DNA of 64,000 nt. Source: Candidatus Latescibacterota bacterium. Its GTDB lineage: Bacteria; Latescibacterota; UBA2968; UBA8231. The stretch is taken from the NCBI GenBank assembly GCA_965197905.1, contig CBDAOB010000003.1, positions 832,001-896,000 on the forward strand, written 5' to 3'. This document shows, in pieces, positions 18,878 through 27,614 of this stretch. The translations under genes were made by a program, and so were the position numbers. The notes below the pieces were generated by a model. The model had not been told where the DNA came from and did not search any database. It worked only from the letters and a program-made list of their open reading frames with translations. Every line of letters starts with the position of its first letter. Within the stretch, counting starts at the first letter, position 1.

Positions 18878-21148
18878 TCACAGCTGCCCGGAAATGGCCA
18901 GGGAAACTCGGCGCGTCGGGCGAATCTTGCGCTCGGTCAGCACGTAATGATACTGCAGCAGATTGTCGACGCGAAGGTTCAACTCCACGGGCCCCAAGCG
19001 CCTGCGGGCGAAAAGATCGGTGAGGTAGACCGATTGGAAGTCTCGCCGGCATTCGGGAAATAGACCCGACACACGCTCGAAACGACTCAAGTAGCGGAAG
19101 CCGCTGCCGATCGTGGTGTTTCTCCAGGTCGCTTCCAACTCAGTCGTCAGCTGATGGCGAGATCGGTACGGCAGCGGGGCCGAACTTCCCGGGGTCAGGT
19201 CTGCGCTGCAAAAAGGGGGCAATATCACATCTTTGGCGAGGAACTCCACCGCGTCAAGGAAGGTGTAACCCGCTCGCCAACGCATCCCCATTGGCAGCGC
19301 AACCTGGGTTGAGAATTCGGCGCCGCGAACCCTGGCTTTCGAGAGATTGCGGAAGCGGGCAACGGGCACCGGGGAATCGGCCAGGGGATCGGGCCGCGCC
19401 TCCACCAGGTCTTCGTACTCACTCCAGAATATCGCACCGTCGGTCGAGACCCGGTCGCCAAGAAGCTGGCGTATGCCGGTCTCGTAGGACCAGCTGTGCT
19501 CGGAACGAAGATTGGGATCGGCGCAGACCAGAACGCCCGACACTTCGGCCTGGGTATGGATCTCCGAAACCGAAGGAGCGCGGAATCCGCGGCCCGCCGA
19601 GGCACGCAACGCGGTGCTTTCGGCAAGTCGGTAGGAAAAGCCAATTTGGGGGCTCAGCCTCGTTTCGTTCCTTCGTCTCGCGCGCCCGAAGTCTACCTGC
19701 GGACAGAGGGTCCCGCCCGTTCCGGCACCGCCGCGGCGGTGATGGTCGAGACGAAGGCCCAAGGCCAGATCGAGATCCTGGCTCACGGCAACTTCCCCCT
19801 GGGAAAACAGGGCGAAGGTTGTTACCGTTCGCCGCCCGAGGAAATCTGCCGGTGACCGTACCATATCCACCGTGGCGAAACTGCCCCCGGTCACTTTCGT
19901 GTTTCGCCAGCCGGTGTAGTCTACCTGCACCTCGGAGCCAACCTTGTGGGCCGACGAGCTGAGGCTGCCAGCTGCGGCGGTGTTGTCGAATCCGGTGCGA
20001 TAGTAGAACCCGCGCAGACTATAGCTGGCGTTCGGGTTGACAAGGCGTTGCACCTCCGAGTTCAGGTTGAATTTCCAGGAGGCGGTGGAGGCCTGACGGT
20101 CCTCGTTGGGGACCTCGAGCGGTCGTGAGCGGTCTTTCCACTGCAAGAAAACGCCGTGGTCATCCAAGGCCCACAACCCCTGGGTCGTCCAGGTGGTGCG
20201 GGTGAATCGATGTACGCCTTTGGCGTAGAGATTGTACCTTCTGAAATCGTCGTTTTCGTGGTAACCGGTGCTGCGCTTGAGTCCCACTGCAGCCACGAGG
20301 CCGGTGGCGCCTATGGTGCGGTTGTGGCTCGCGTCGGCACCGGTGAGATACATCGGTTCATCGCGCCAGCGCCATGACCTGTGGGCGGGTTGGCTGAAGA
20401 GCCCGCTGACCAGGCGATACTCGGTCCGAGTCTCGTCTATCGGTTGGCGGGTTATGAGATTGATGACTCCGCCCAACGCCCCGGTCCCGTAGAGGGCGGA
20501 CCCCGGCCCTTTGATGATCTCCATGCGTTCGACCTCGCCCACCGGAATCGCATCCCACTTGATGTCCCCCAGATCGGCGGAGAGTAGCGGAAAACCATCC
20601 ATCAAGAGAAGAACTCGGCTGCCGGTTCCGCGACTGAACCCGCTGGAGCCCCGGATGTTTATTTGGCCGCCGATCTGGCTGACTCCGGATTGATAGCGCA
20701 GCGGCGCGGCCAGAGTGAACGAATTGTGGGCGGCGATCTGCCTGGCGCTGGCTACGCCCATACTGATCGGCGTTTCAACAAAGGTCTGGGTCCGTCGCGT
20801 TGCGGATACGATGACCCCGGGCAAGGTGATAGCGGATGGGGTGAGCTCGATTTCGACGGTGAGATCGCGGGTTAAATCGACGCTGAATCTGCGAGGACGG
20901 TATCCAAGGCAGGAAACCACCAGCTCATAGGACCCAGATGGCAGCCGGGACACGACGAACCGTCCGGCTGAATCGGCGTAGGATCCGATTCCGGTGCCAG
21001 CAACGGCAACGACGGCTCCGGACAGGGGAGCGCCATCGTCCGTGCTCGAAACCCTTCCTCTAACGCTCCGCAGCTCACTCGCCTGCGGCCAGCTGCTCCA
21101 GAAGAGCAGCAGGAAGAGCGTTGCGACAGACATCGGTGCCGGCCGCAT
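18878..21148 (-). CDS. TonB-dependent receptor with N-terminal carboxypeptidase-regulatory-like domain
   Basis: Signal peptide; GRVSS..DGAPLSGAVV; plug motifs INIRG, VLLLMDG and ERMEIIKGPGSALYGTGALGGVINLIT; GFRAPS, PNLRSE and VDNLL. Confidence 0.92.
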   Translation of the reverse strand: MRPAPMSVATLFLLLFWSSWPQASELRSVRGRVSSTDDGAPLSGAVVAVAGTGIGSYADSAGRFVVSRLPSGSYELVVSCLGYRPRRFSVDLTRDLTVEIELTPSAITLPGVIVSATRRTQTFVETPISMGVASARQIAAHNSFTLAAPLRYQSGVSQIGGQINIRGSSGFSRGTGSRVLLLMDGFPLLSADLGDIKWDAIPVGEVERMEIIKGPGSALYGTGALGGVINLITRQPIDETRTEYRLVSGLFSQPAHRSWRWRDEPMYLTGADASHNRTIGATGLVAAVGLKRSTGYHENDDFRRYNLYAKGVHRFTRTTWTTQGLWALDDHGVFLQWKDRSRPLEVPNEDRQASTASWKFNLNSEVQRLVNPNASYSLRGFYYRTGFDNTAAAGSLSSSAHKVGSEVQVDYTGWRNTKVTGGSFATVDMVRSPADFLGRRTVTTFALFSQGEVAVSQDLDLALGLRLDHHRRGGAGTGGTLCPQVDFGRARRRNETRLSPQIGFSYRLAESTALRASAGRGFRAPSVSEIHTQAEVSGVLVCADPNLRSEHSWSYETGIRQLLGDRVSTDGAIFWSEYEDLVEARPDPLADSPVPVARFRNLSKARVRGAEFSTQVALPMGMRWRAGYTFLDAVEFLAKDVILPPFCSADLTPGSSAPLPYRSRHQLTTELEATWRNTTIGSGFRYLSRFERVSGLFPECRRDFQSVYLTDLFARRRLGPVELNLRVDNLLQYHYVLTERKIRPTRRVSLAISGQL

Positions 21149-21617
21149 TCTCTTCTTGCAACGTGGCAAAGTCAATAACGATATCAACTTCCTCCGTAAT
21201 CTCGCCCCGTTCCACCTCGACCGCGGTTGGCAAAGTGGCCCCGGTTAGGTGATAACATCCAAGCAGCGAGTTGAAGTTCCAAAAGCTGTCTTCTTCCCTC
21301 CATGCCACAACGATCCATCGGTAGACGCCGGCGCGCTGCACCGGAACCAGATAGTCGTACGCGGAAACGCCAAGGGGCGTATCCGTATCGCTGCCTGCCA
21401 GAGTGAAAAAGTCGTCGACGGTTGAGGGGGCATCCTGATACACGGCAACGGCGACCTGGGCAATGTTCGACGGCCAATCGCCACGGAAGCTCAACCGTCC
21501 CGATATCCCGGCTGGTCCTTCCGGTGCGGACGGCAGACCGTGATCGCAGGAGGACCAGACGACAGAACAAACGCAACCGAGGACGGCGAAAACGCGAGTG
21601 ACCCTGGAGAAAATCAC
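21075..21617 (-). CDS. Putative lipoprotein, partner of the TonB-dependent receptor
   Basis: Hydrophobic signal ending WSS-C, followed by DHGL...GISGRLSFRGDWP; its 3' end overlaps the receptor start. Confidence 0.65.
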   Translation of the reverse strand: MIFSRVTRVFAVLGCVCSVVWSSCDHGLPSAPEGPAGISGRLSFRGDWPSNIAQVAVAVYQDAPSTVDDFFTLAGSDTDTPLGVSAYDYLVPVQRAGVYRWIVVAWREEDSFWNFNSLLGCYHLTGATLPTAVEVERGEITEEVDIVIDFATLQEENAAGTDVCRNALPAALLEQLAAGE

Positions 21618-21631
21618 GGTGCCCTGCAGCG

Positions 21632-22126
21632 TTATTCCGTTTCCTCCTCGCCGGCTACGGCAACGAGATCTGCAACGTCGAATCTCACGCCGTTGTAGAT
21701 GACTTTACCGCCCAGCTGGGGATTTTCCGTGTCGCTCAGATCGAGCGTCATATCCACTTCAACCAAAGCTTCCTGGGAGCCCGAGATCTGCAATTCGCCG
21801 ACTATCGTAAACGGAACGACAAGCACGCCGATGGCCAGCTCACCGTTCACCACCATAGCTCCGTCGGGAGAGTACTCCTCGAAGGACCACATGGTAAGCG
21901 TGATCACCACTTGCCCCGACTCACCCTCGATTACCTGGCCCTCGCTGGATGAAAACAGTTGCTGAGCGTCGATTCCCTCCGCAGCAGAACCCATGGCGGA
22001 TACGACACTCAGGACATCGGTGCTGGTCTGAGGATCGGCGGGATTCGATTTCCCGTTCCCGCCGTCGTCTCCGCAGCCGATCAGGAACGCGGTAATCGCC
22101 ATTAGACTGGCTCTGTTGTAGAACAT
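21632..22126 (-). CDS. Putative acidic lipoprotein, beta-rich
   Basis: Lipobox FLIG-C followed by a GDDGG linker; RBS AGGAG. Confidence 0.65.
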   Translation of the reverse strand: MFYNRASLMAITAFLIGCGDDGGNGKSNPADPQTSTDVLSVVSAMGSAAEGIDAQQLFSSSEGQVIEGESGQVVITLTMWSFEEYSPDGAMVVNGELAIGVLVVPFTIVGELQISGSQEALVEVDMTLDLSDTENPQLGGKVIYNGVRFDVADLVAVAGEEETE

Positions 22127-22216
22127 CGGTTGCTCCTATGGATTGACTGTAAGGTTCCGGCGCGCCATCCAAAGATTCAATGGAATGAATGGAGCGTATC
22201 CGATCGTCGCAAGTTT

Positions 22217-23749
22217 CTAGGCTCCGGCTTCGCCGAGAATCGCGTGCGCTGCATTGTGGCCCGGCGCCCCCGACACCTCCCCGCCCGGGTGTGTGCCGGC
22301 GCCGCAGAGCCAGAGCCCGTCGATAGGCGTTTTGTATTCGGCCCATCCAGGCAGGGGCCGGCGGGAGAACATCTGTCCCGGTGTTGCATCGAGATGATGG
22401 ATGTTGCCATCGGTCAGATAGACCCTTCGTTCGAGATCCAGCGGTGTGAACAGCTTCCACTCTCGAATAGCAGCGCGGAAATTAGGCGCATACGCCACGA
22501 CCGAATCGATCAGCGCTTCCCCCACCTCCTGCCGCCGTTCGTCCCAGGTACCCGAAGCGAGATGGACCGGAGCGTATTCGCTGAAGATTGACAGTACGTG
22601 TTTTCCCTTCGGGCAGATAGTGTCGTCGTAGATAGAGGGAATCTGGATCGACATGACGGGATCGCGTGACGGCAGACCGGCGCGGGCGTCGTTCCAGGCG
22701 CGCTCCACGTAGTCGACCGACGGCGAGATCCAGACGCGAGCGGTGATGTGCGGATCATAGTTCTCGCCGAGATAGGCAGAGAAGTCCGGAAGTGTGTCCA
22801 AGGAGGCATGGAACTTCAGATAGGCGATCTCCGTTTTGAGTCGTGCGACCTGGGAGCGAAAGTCGTCCGTAAGGTGTTGAGACTCCACCAGCTTTAAGAA
22901 GGTGCGCTTCGGATCGGCATTGCTCACCACCATATCGCTTCTGATCTCTTCACCGGAGGTCAGCTCCAACCCCTTAGCCTTACCCTGTTCGACGATCACG
23001 CGCCGCACTTCGCAACCCGTGCGAATGTCTGCGCCGCGGCTCTTGGCGTATTCCGCCATCGCTGCGGTGATCGACCCCATGCCCCCTTTGACAATGCCCA
23101 CAACGCGGACTTCGGTGTCTATATCACCGGGCAGGAAAGGGGAGGGATAGGCGCTGCCAACGGCGCGCGGGTTACCGTGATCACCCGAATGGATGACGGC
23201 GCCCTTCACATGTTCCGACTCGAAGAATTCGTCGACGATATCGGCATGGCAGGTGGTTAGCAGCCTCTCGAAGATCTGCTCGTCACCGGTCTTCCGCGCT
23301 TGCTGTAGAAGGTCGGCGATGGTTGGGGGGGCGGTCAAACCGTACGGACGGGTAATTTCGTGGGCCCTTTCCCAAAAGTCGTTCCAGCGCGGATAGCTTT
23401 CCGCGTCCTTTTCAGAGAAGGATCGAATCGCCTCCGCGTTGCGCTCCACGTCACGCCAGAGGATGAGGTGGCGGCCGTCGGGAAAGGGCCGGAACTCATG
23501 GGGTTGAACGTCGAAGAGCTCGAAACCGTACTTCTGCAGCTCCAGGTCGCGAACGATCTTCGGGTGCAGCGCATAGAGCATGAAGGAACAGCTGGAGAAG
23601 TAGAACTCAGGAAAGAGCTCTTCGGTAACGCAGGCGCCGCCAATGATGTCGCGGCGTTCTAAAACTAGCACTTCGCGGCCGGCATCGGCGAGGTAACCGG
23701 CAGCCACCAACCCGTTGTGTCCGCTTCCAATGATGATCACGTCAGGCAT
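22217..23749 (-). CDS. FAD-dependent oxidoreductase, phytoene-dehydrogenase-like
   Basis: DVIIIGSGHNGLVAA, GGACVTEE, KGGMGSIT, GNIHH and LCGAGTHPGGEVSGAPGHNAA. Confidence 0.88.
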   Translation of the reverse strand: MPDVIIIGSGHNGLVAAGYLADAGREVLVLERRDIIGGACVTEELFPEFYFSSCSFMLYALHPKIVRDLELQKYGFELFDVQPHEFRPFPDGRHLILWRDVERNAEAIRSFSEKDAESYPRWNDFWERAHEITRPYGLTAPPTIADLLQQARKTGDEQIFERLLTTCHADIVDEFFESEHVKGAVIHSGDHGNPRAVGSAYPSPFLPGDIDTEVRVVGIVKGGMGSITAAMAEYAKSRGADIRTGCEVRRVIVEQGKAKGLELTSGEEIRSDMVVSNADPKRTFLKLVESQHLTDDFRSQVARLKTEIAYLKFHASLDTLPDFSAYLGENYDPHITARVWISPSVDYVERAWNDARAGLPSRDPVMSIQIPSIYDDTICPKGKHVLSIFSEYAPVHLASGTWDERRQEVGEALIDSVVAYAPNFRAAIREWKLFTPLDLERRVYLTDGNIHHLDATPGQMFSRRPLPGWAEYKTPIDGLWLCGAGTHPGGEVSGAPGHNAAHAILGEAGA

Positions 23750-23809
23750 GAGAATCTCCAGGCGTTGAGTATATGCAGCATTTCCGGTGATGCAATTTGC
23801 CAACCTGAC

Positions 23810-23837
23810 TTGACAGCCATACGCGCCTCAGTACCCT
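23810..23837 (+). promoter_or_regulatory. Possible sigma70-type promoter for the symporter gene
   Basis: TTGACA-N16-TACCCT, 32 nt upstream of ATG 23870. Confidence 0.35.
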
Positions 23838-23869
23838 CTGCCCCAGCCATCAACTTCGTCGTCAGCGAC

Positions 23870-26020
23870 ATGAAAAATGTGAGCCTTTCCACCTTGATAC
23901 TTGCCGGAGTACTGTTTGGTGCCATTTGCGGCATCTTCCTCGGTGAGTACGCATCCGGGCTCTCGGTGGTGGGCGATGCCTTCATCGGTCTTCTGCAGAT
24001 GACGGTGCTGCCGTACATAATCGTCGCCCTCATCTCCAACATCGGGCGGCTGTCGGTTGCCGAGGGACGGCGTTTCGGGTTCTACGCCGGCGCCTTCCTC
24101 CTGGTTTCTGTGGGATTGACGCTGGGTGCCATCGTCCTTTTGCCCCTGTCGCTGCCAGCGCGCGAATCCGCCTCATTCTTCAGCACCGGTTCGTTGCAAG
24201 ATCCGACCGAGGTGGATTTCCTCGGTCTCTTCATCCCGTCGAATCCGTTCCACTCACTGGCAAACAACGTAGTCCCGGCCGTCGTTCTCTTCTGTATCGC
24301 CGTCGGTCTGGCGGTCATGACCTTGAAGCAAAAGCAACTCGTTCTCGATCCGCTGGATTTCCTGACCGACGCGCTGGGCCGCATCAACCGGTCGCTGGTC
24401 AAGCTGACGCCGCTGGGCGTCTTCGCCATCGTGGCTAGCACCTCCGGCACGATGCAGATTGACGAGCTGGACCGACTGCATGCGTACCTGATTCTGTTCG
24501 GTGTGGCAACGCTGGTTATCGGATTCGGGGTTCTGCTCCCGCTGCTTTCGGTATTGACGCCGTTCTCTTATGGACAGCTCCTGCGCGTGTCCCGGGCCCC
24601 CGTTCTCACGGCGTTCGCTACCGGCAAGGTATTTATTGTGCTGCCGATGCTGGTGGTGGCCAGCGAGGAGCTCTTTCGGGAGCAGGATGCGAATTCGGAG
24701 CGGTCTGTTTCTTACGCCCGCGCTGTAACGCCGCTGGTTTATCCCTTCCCCCACGCTGGGAAGCTGTTGGCACTGCTGTTCCTCCCTTTCGCTGCCTGGT
24801 TCGTCGATCAACCGATCGCGGTGCACCAGTATCCTTTGCTGCTTGGAACGGGCCTCTTCAGTTTATTCGGAAGCCCACTGGCCGCTATCCCTTTCTTGCT
24901 GGACCAGCTGAGGTTGCCGGCGGATATGTTTCAGCTCTTCGTTGTTTCTGGACTCCTGGCCAGTCGATTAGGAGATCTTCTCGGGACGATTCATCTCCTG
25001 TTCGTGTCGGTTTTGACTACGTGCGCGCTGACAGGGAAGCTGCGGTTACAGCTACGCAAGATGGTGCCTGTCTGCCTCTTCATCGTCCTGTTCGGAGCCG
25101 GCGCCACCGGTGCCACGCGAGCGTTCCTGTCCAGTACGCTGGACGAAACCTACGACAAGGACAGCTTCATCAGCGGTATGCACTCGGCGCTTCATGCTTC
25201 GGTGCCGGCACGTGTCCACACGTCCGTTCCCTCATTTGGCGAATTGGCCAGGCAAACTACCCTCAGCCGGATCGAACAAACCGGACGGTTGCGTGTGGGG
25301 TATCATCCAAACAATCTGCCGTGGAGCTTCTTTAATGCCTCGGGGGAGTTGGTGGGGTACGATGTGGATATGGCACATCTACTAGCACTCCACCTGCGAT
25401 GCGAGTTGGAGTTCGTGCCCTTCGAGTTTCGGGATATCTCCGAGCAGCTGGAGCGAGACGATTTCGATCTGGCCATGTCAGGGGTAACCATGTTGTCGGC
25501 GCGGATCGCCAAGCTTCTTTTCACGGAGCCGTACATCGACATTACGGCGGCCTTGCTCGTTCCCGATCATCGCCGCGAAGAGTTCGACCAACGCATGGTA
25601 GACAGAGACTTCGACGATGTGCGCATCGCGGTGGGGAGAACAAGCGATGCCGCACCCATCGCCCGGGCGCTGATGCCCGGCGCCGAAACGGTGACCCTGC
25701 CGTCGCTAAGGGAATACCTCGATTCGGGCGGACGCCAGGCTGATGCGATGATATGGACCGCAGAGAGCGGTGGGGCGTGGACGCTGGTGCACCCGGAATT
25801 CAGCGTTGTGGTCATTCGGCCGGTGTTCATTGCGCCGGTCGGCTACGCAACCGCGCGTCACAACGAAGAATTCGCCAATTTCGTCTCGAGCTGGATCCAG
25901 TTCGCGAAGGCGGGCGGATACGGTGACCGGCTCTACGAGCACTGGATTCTGGGTCAGGACGCGCAAGGGCAGACGCAGCGCTGGAGTGTCATCCGAGACG
26001 TTTTGCACTGGGTCGACTAG
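23870..26020 (+). CDS. Dicarboxylate/amino acid:cation symporter (DAACS) fused to a C-terminal family 3 solute-binding domain
   Basis: GDAFIGLLQMTVLPYI, FIPSNPF, PLGVFAI and AFATG; soluble C-terminus GRLRVGY..NLPWSF..GELVGYDVDMA. Confidence 0.85.
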   Translation: MKNVSLSTLILAGVLFGAICGIFLGEYASGLSVVGDAFIGLLQMTVLPYIIVALISNIGRLSVAEGRRFGFYAGAFLLVSVGLTLGAIVLLPLSLPARESASFFSTGSLQDPTEVDFLGLFIPSNPFHSLANNVVPAVVLFCIAVGLAVMTLKQKQLVLDPLDFLTDALGRINRSLVKLTPLGVFAIVASTSGTMQIDELDRLHAYLILFGVATLVIGFGVLLPLLSVLTPFSYGQLLRVSRAPVLTAFATGKVFIVLPMLVVASEELFREQDANSERSVSYARAVTPLVYPFPHAGKLLALLFLPFAAWFVDQPIAVHQYPLLLGTGLFSLFGSPLAAIPFLLDQLRLPADMFQLFVVSGLLASRLGDLLGTIHLLFVSVLTTCALTGKLRLQLRKMVPVCLFIVLFGAGATGATRAFLSSTLDETYDKDSFISGMHSALHASVPARVHTSVPSFGELARQTTLSRIEQTGRLRVGYHPNNLPWSFFNASGELVGYDVDMAHLLALHLRCELEFVPFEFRDISEQLERDDFDLAMSGVTMLSARIAKLLFTEPYIDITAALLVPDHRREEFDQRMVDRDFDDVRIAVGRTSDAAPIARALMPGAETVTLPSLREYLDSGGRQADAMIWTAESGGAWTLVHPEFSVVVIRPVFIAPVGYATARHNEEFANFVSSWIQFAKAGGYGDRLYEHWILGQDAQGQTQRWSVIRDVLHWVD

Positions 26021-26048
26021 GTCGGCAACCTCGGTCGCAGTCAGGCGC

Positions 26049-26459
26049 TCAGCTCTCGATACTGATCCGGACTTTGTGTTCCGGACGCTCGTACAGGTGC
26101 CCGCCGGCGCCGGGCAGCGCTATGCCAACCCTTATCGAAGGTCCATCACCTCTGGGAAAGATGTGGTGGAAGGTCAGAGCGGGGACATAGACGAAATCCC
26201 CCGCCTTGGCGTGAACCGGCCGGTCTTCGCGACCCTCGATGACCCAATCGATTTCCCCCTCCAAAACAACCCACCATTCGTCATGGTTGTGGCAATGGCG
26301 GTCGTTCTCGTGCCCGCTCTCCTGGTAGATGACAGCCCCGAAGATATGATCCGCCAATACCACGGGGTGAGACCAGGGTGGGGGACCTAATTCCCGCTTT
26401 ATCTCTTCAAGGCTAATGCTGTTCAGCGCGCTGCTCAGTATCGGATTCTCAAGTGCCAT
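26049..26459 (-). CDS. Cupin-domain protein
   Basis: Cupin motifs HCHNHDEWWVVLEGE and AKAGDFVYVP...HHI. Confidence 0.85.
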   Translation of the reverse strand: MALENPILSSALNSISLEEIKRELGPPPWSHPVVLADHIFGAVIYQESGHENDRHCHNHDEWWVVLEGEIDWVIEGREDRPVHAKAGDFVYVPALTFHHIFPRGDGPSIRVGIALPGAGGHLYERPEHKVRISIES

Positions 26460-26471
26460 GGGTATCCCTCA

Positions 26472-27515
26472 TTAGTTGACCGCCGGCATTTTCACGCCGA
26501 GCTCGTTTCCTAACTCTACCAGCTGTTGCCAGGTCGGCCCAGCTACGTCGATGCCTTCCGCGAGATGCTTTTTCCGGTTCTCCTCCTCTATTTCCCCCGG
26601 GGCATAGATCCTCTCGACCCCTGGGAGGGGGCGCGCCGACCTTACCCAATCTGCCAGCTTTTCAACCTCCTGACAATAACTTTCCATATCGGTGAATTGG
26701 GCAATGTCCAGCGCCATGATCGCGATGCCGCCGCCCCCACCGGCGCCGTCTGTGCAGCCGGCACCCGTCAGGGGTCCAACGATCATCTCGATCATCATTG
26801 CCAGGCCGTAACCCTTGTGCCCAAACTGTAATCCACCGAGGGGCAGTATGGCGTTGTCGTTCGCATTTTCATACTTCGCGGCATCGTTAACGTACTCTCC
26901 GTTCCGGTCGATTACCCAACCATCGGGAAGGGGCTCATCGTGAACGAGCTTCTCCGCGATCTTGCCACCGGCTACCGTGCTCATGGTCATGTCCAGTAGA
27001 AACGGCGAGCCATCCTTTTGCGGAATTCCTATGGCGATTGGCTCGGGTCGGAGCCGACGTTCGGCGCTACCGAAGGGTGCCAAGAACATGGAGCCGCCGT
27101 TCATCCAGACCATGCCGATCATTCCTTCGGCGGTGATCCGGGGCGGATAATCTCCCAGCCGTCCTATGTGGGAAACGTTGCGCAGACCAACGAATCCGAA
27201 TCCGCAGTAGCGTGCTTTTTTTACGGCGAGCTCGGTCAACCGGGTGACGGCAGCGATACCGTTGCCCCCTTTACCATCAATAATCGCAAACGCGGGTGTA
27301 TCCTTTTCCACGGATCTTTCCTCCCAGCGGACGTAGTTTTCGCGCCACTGATTGATGTAGTTCGGCAGGAAACGGACCCCGTGGGAATCGTGACCCACCA
27401 GATTGCTGGTGGCCAAATGGTTCGCGACCATGTCTGCGTCTTCAGGAGGAACACCCGCAGCGACAAGCAGTTCGCTGCCAAGGGTCCTCAATGCCTCGTG
27501 CTGCACGATGGGCAT
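26472..27515 (-). CDS. Ldh_2 (type 2 malate/L-lactate dehydrogenase) family oxidoreductase
   Basis: NLVGHDSHGV, SHIGRLG, LDMTMS, GHKGYGL and YAPGE. Confidence 0.88.
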   Translation of the reverse strand: MPIVQHEALRTLGSELLVAAGVPPEDADMVANHLATSNLVGHDSHGVRFLPNYINQWRENYVRWEERSVEKDTPAFAIIDGKGGNGIAAVTRLTELAVKKARYCGFGFVGLRNVSHIGRLGDYPPRITAEGMIGMVWMNGGSMFLAPFGSAERRLRPEPIAIGIPQKDGSPFLLDMTMSTVAGGKIAEKLVHDEPLPDGWVIDRNGEYVNDAAKYENANDNAILPLGGLQFGHKGYGLAMMIEMIVGPLTGAGCTDGAGGGGGIAIMALDIAQFTDMESYCQEVEKLADWVRSARPLPGVERIYAPGEIEEENRKKHLAEGIDVAGPTWQQLVELGNELGVKMPAVN

Positions 27516-27614
27516 ACTCAGGTCCTTTCATCAAGATTGAAACGGCTACTGGAACTGTCTGAGAGGCGCAGCGACCAACGAACTGGAACGGCGCCTCAGA
27601 CAAAATAGCACCGA

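Noticed and set aside
22217..23749. Carotenoid biosynthesis (crtI/crtO)
   Set aside because: No crtB or crtE nearby, and this oxidoreductase family is widespread outside carotenogenesis.
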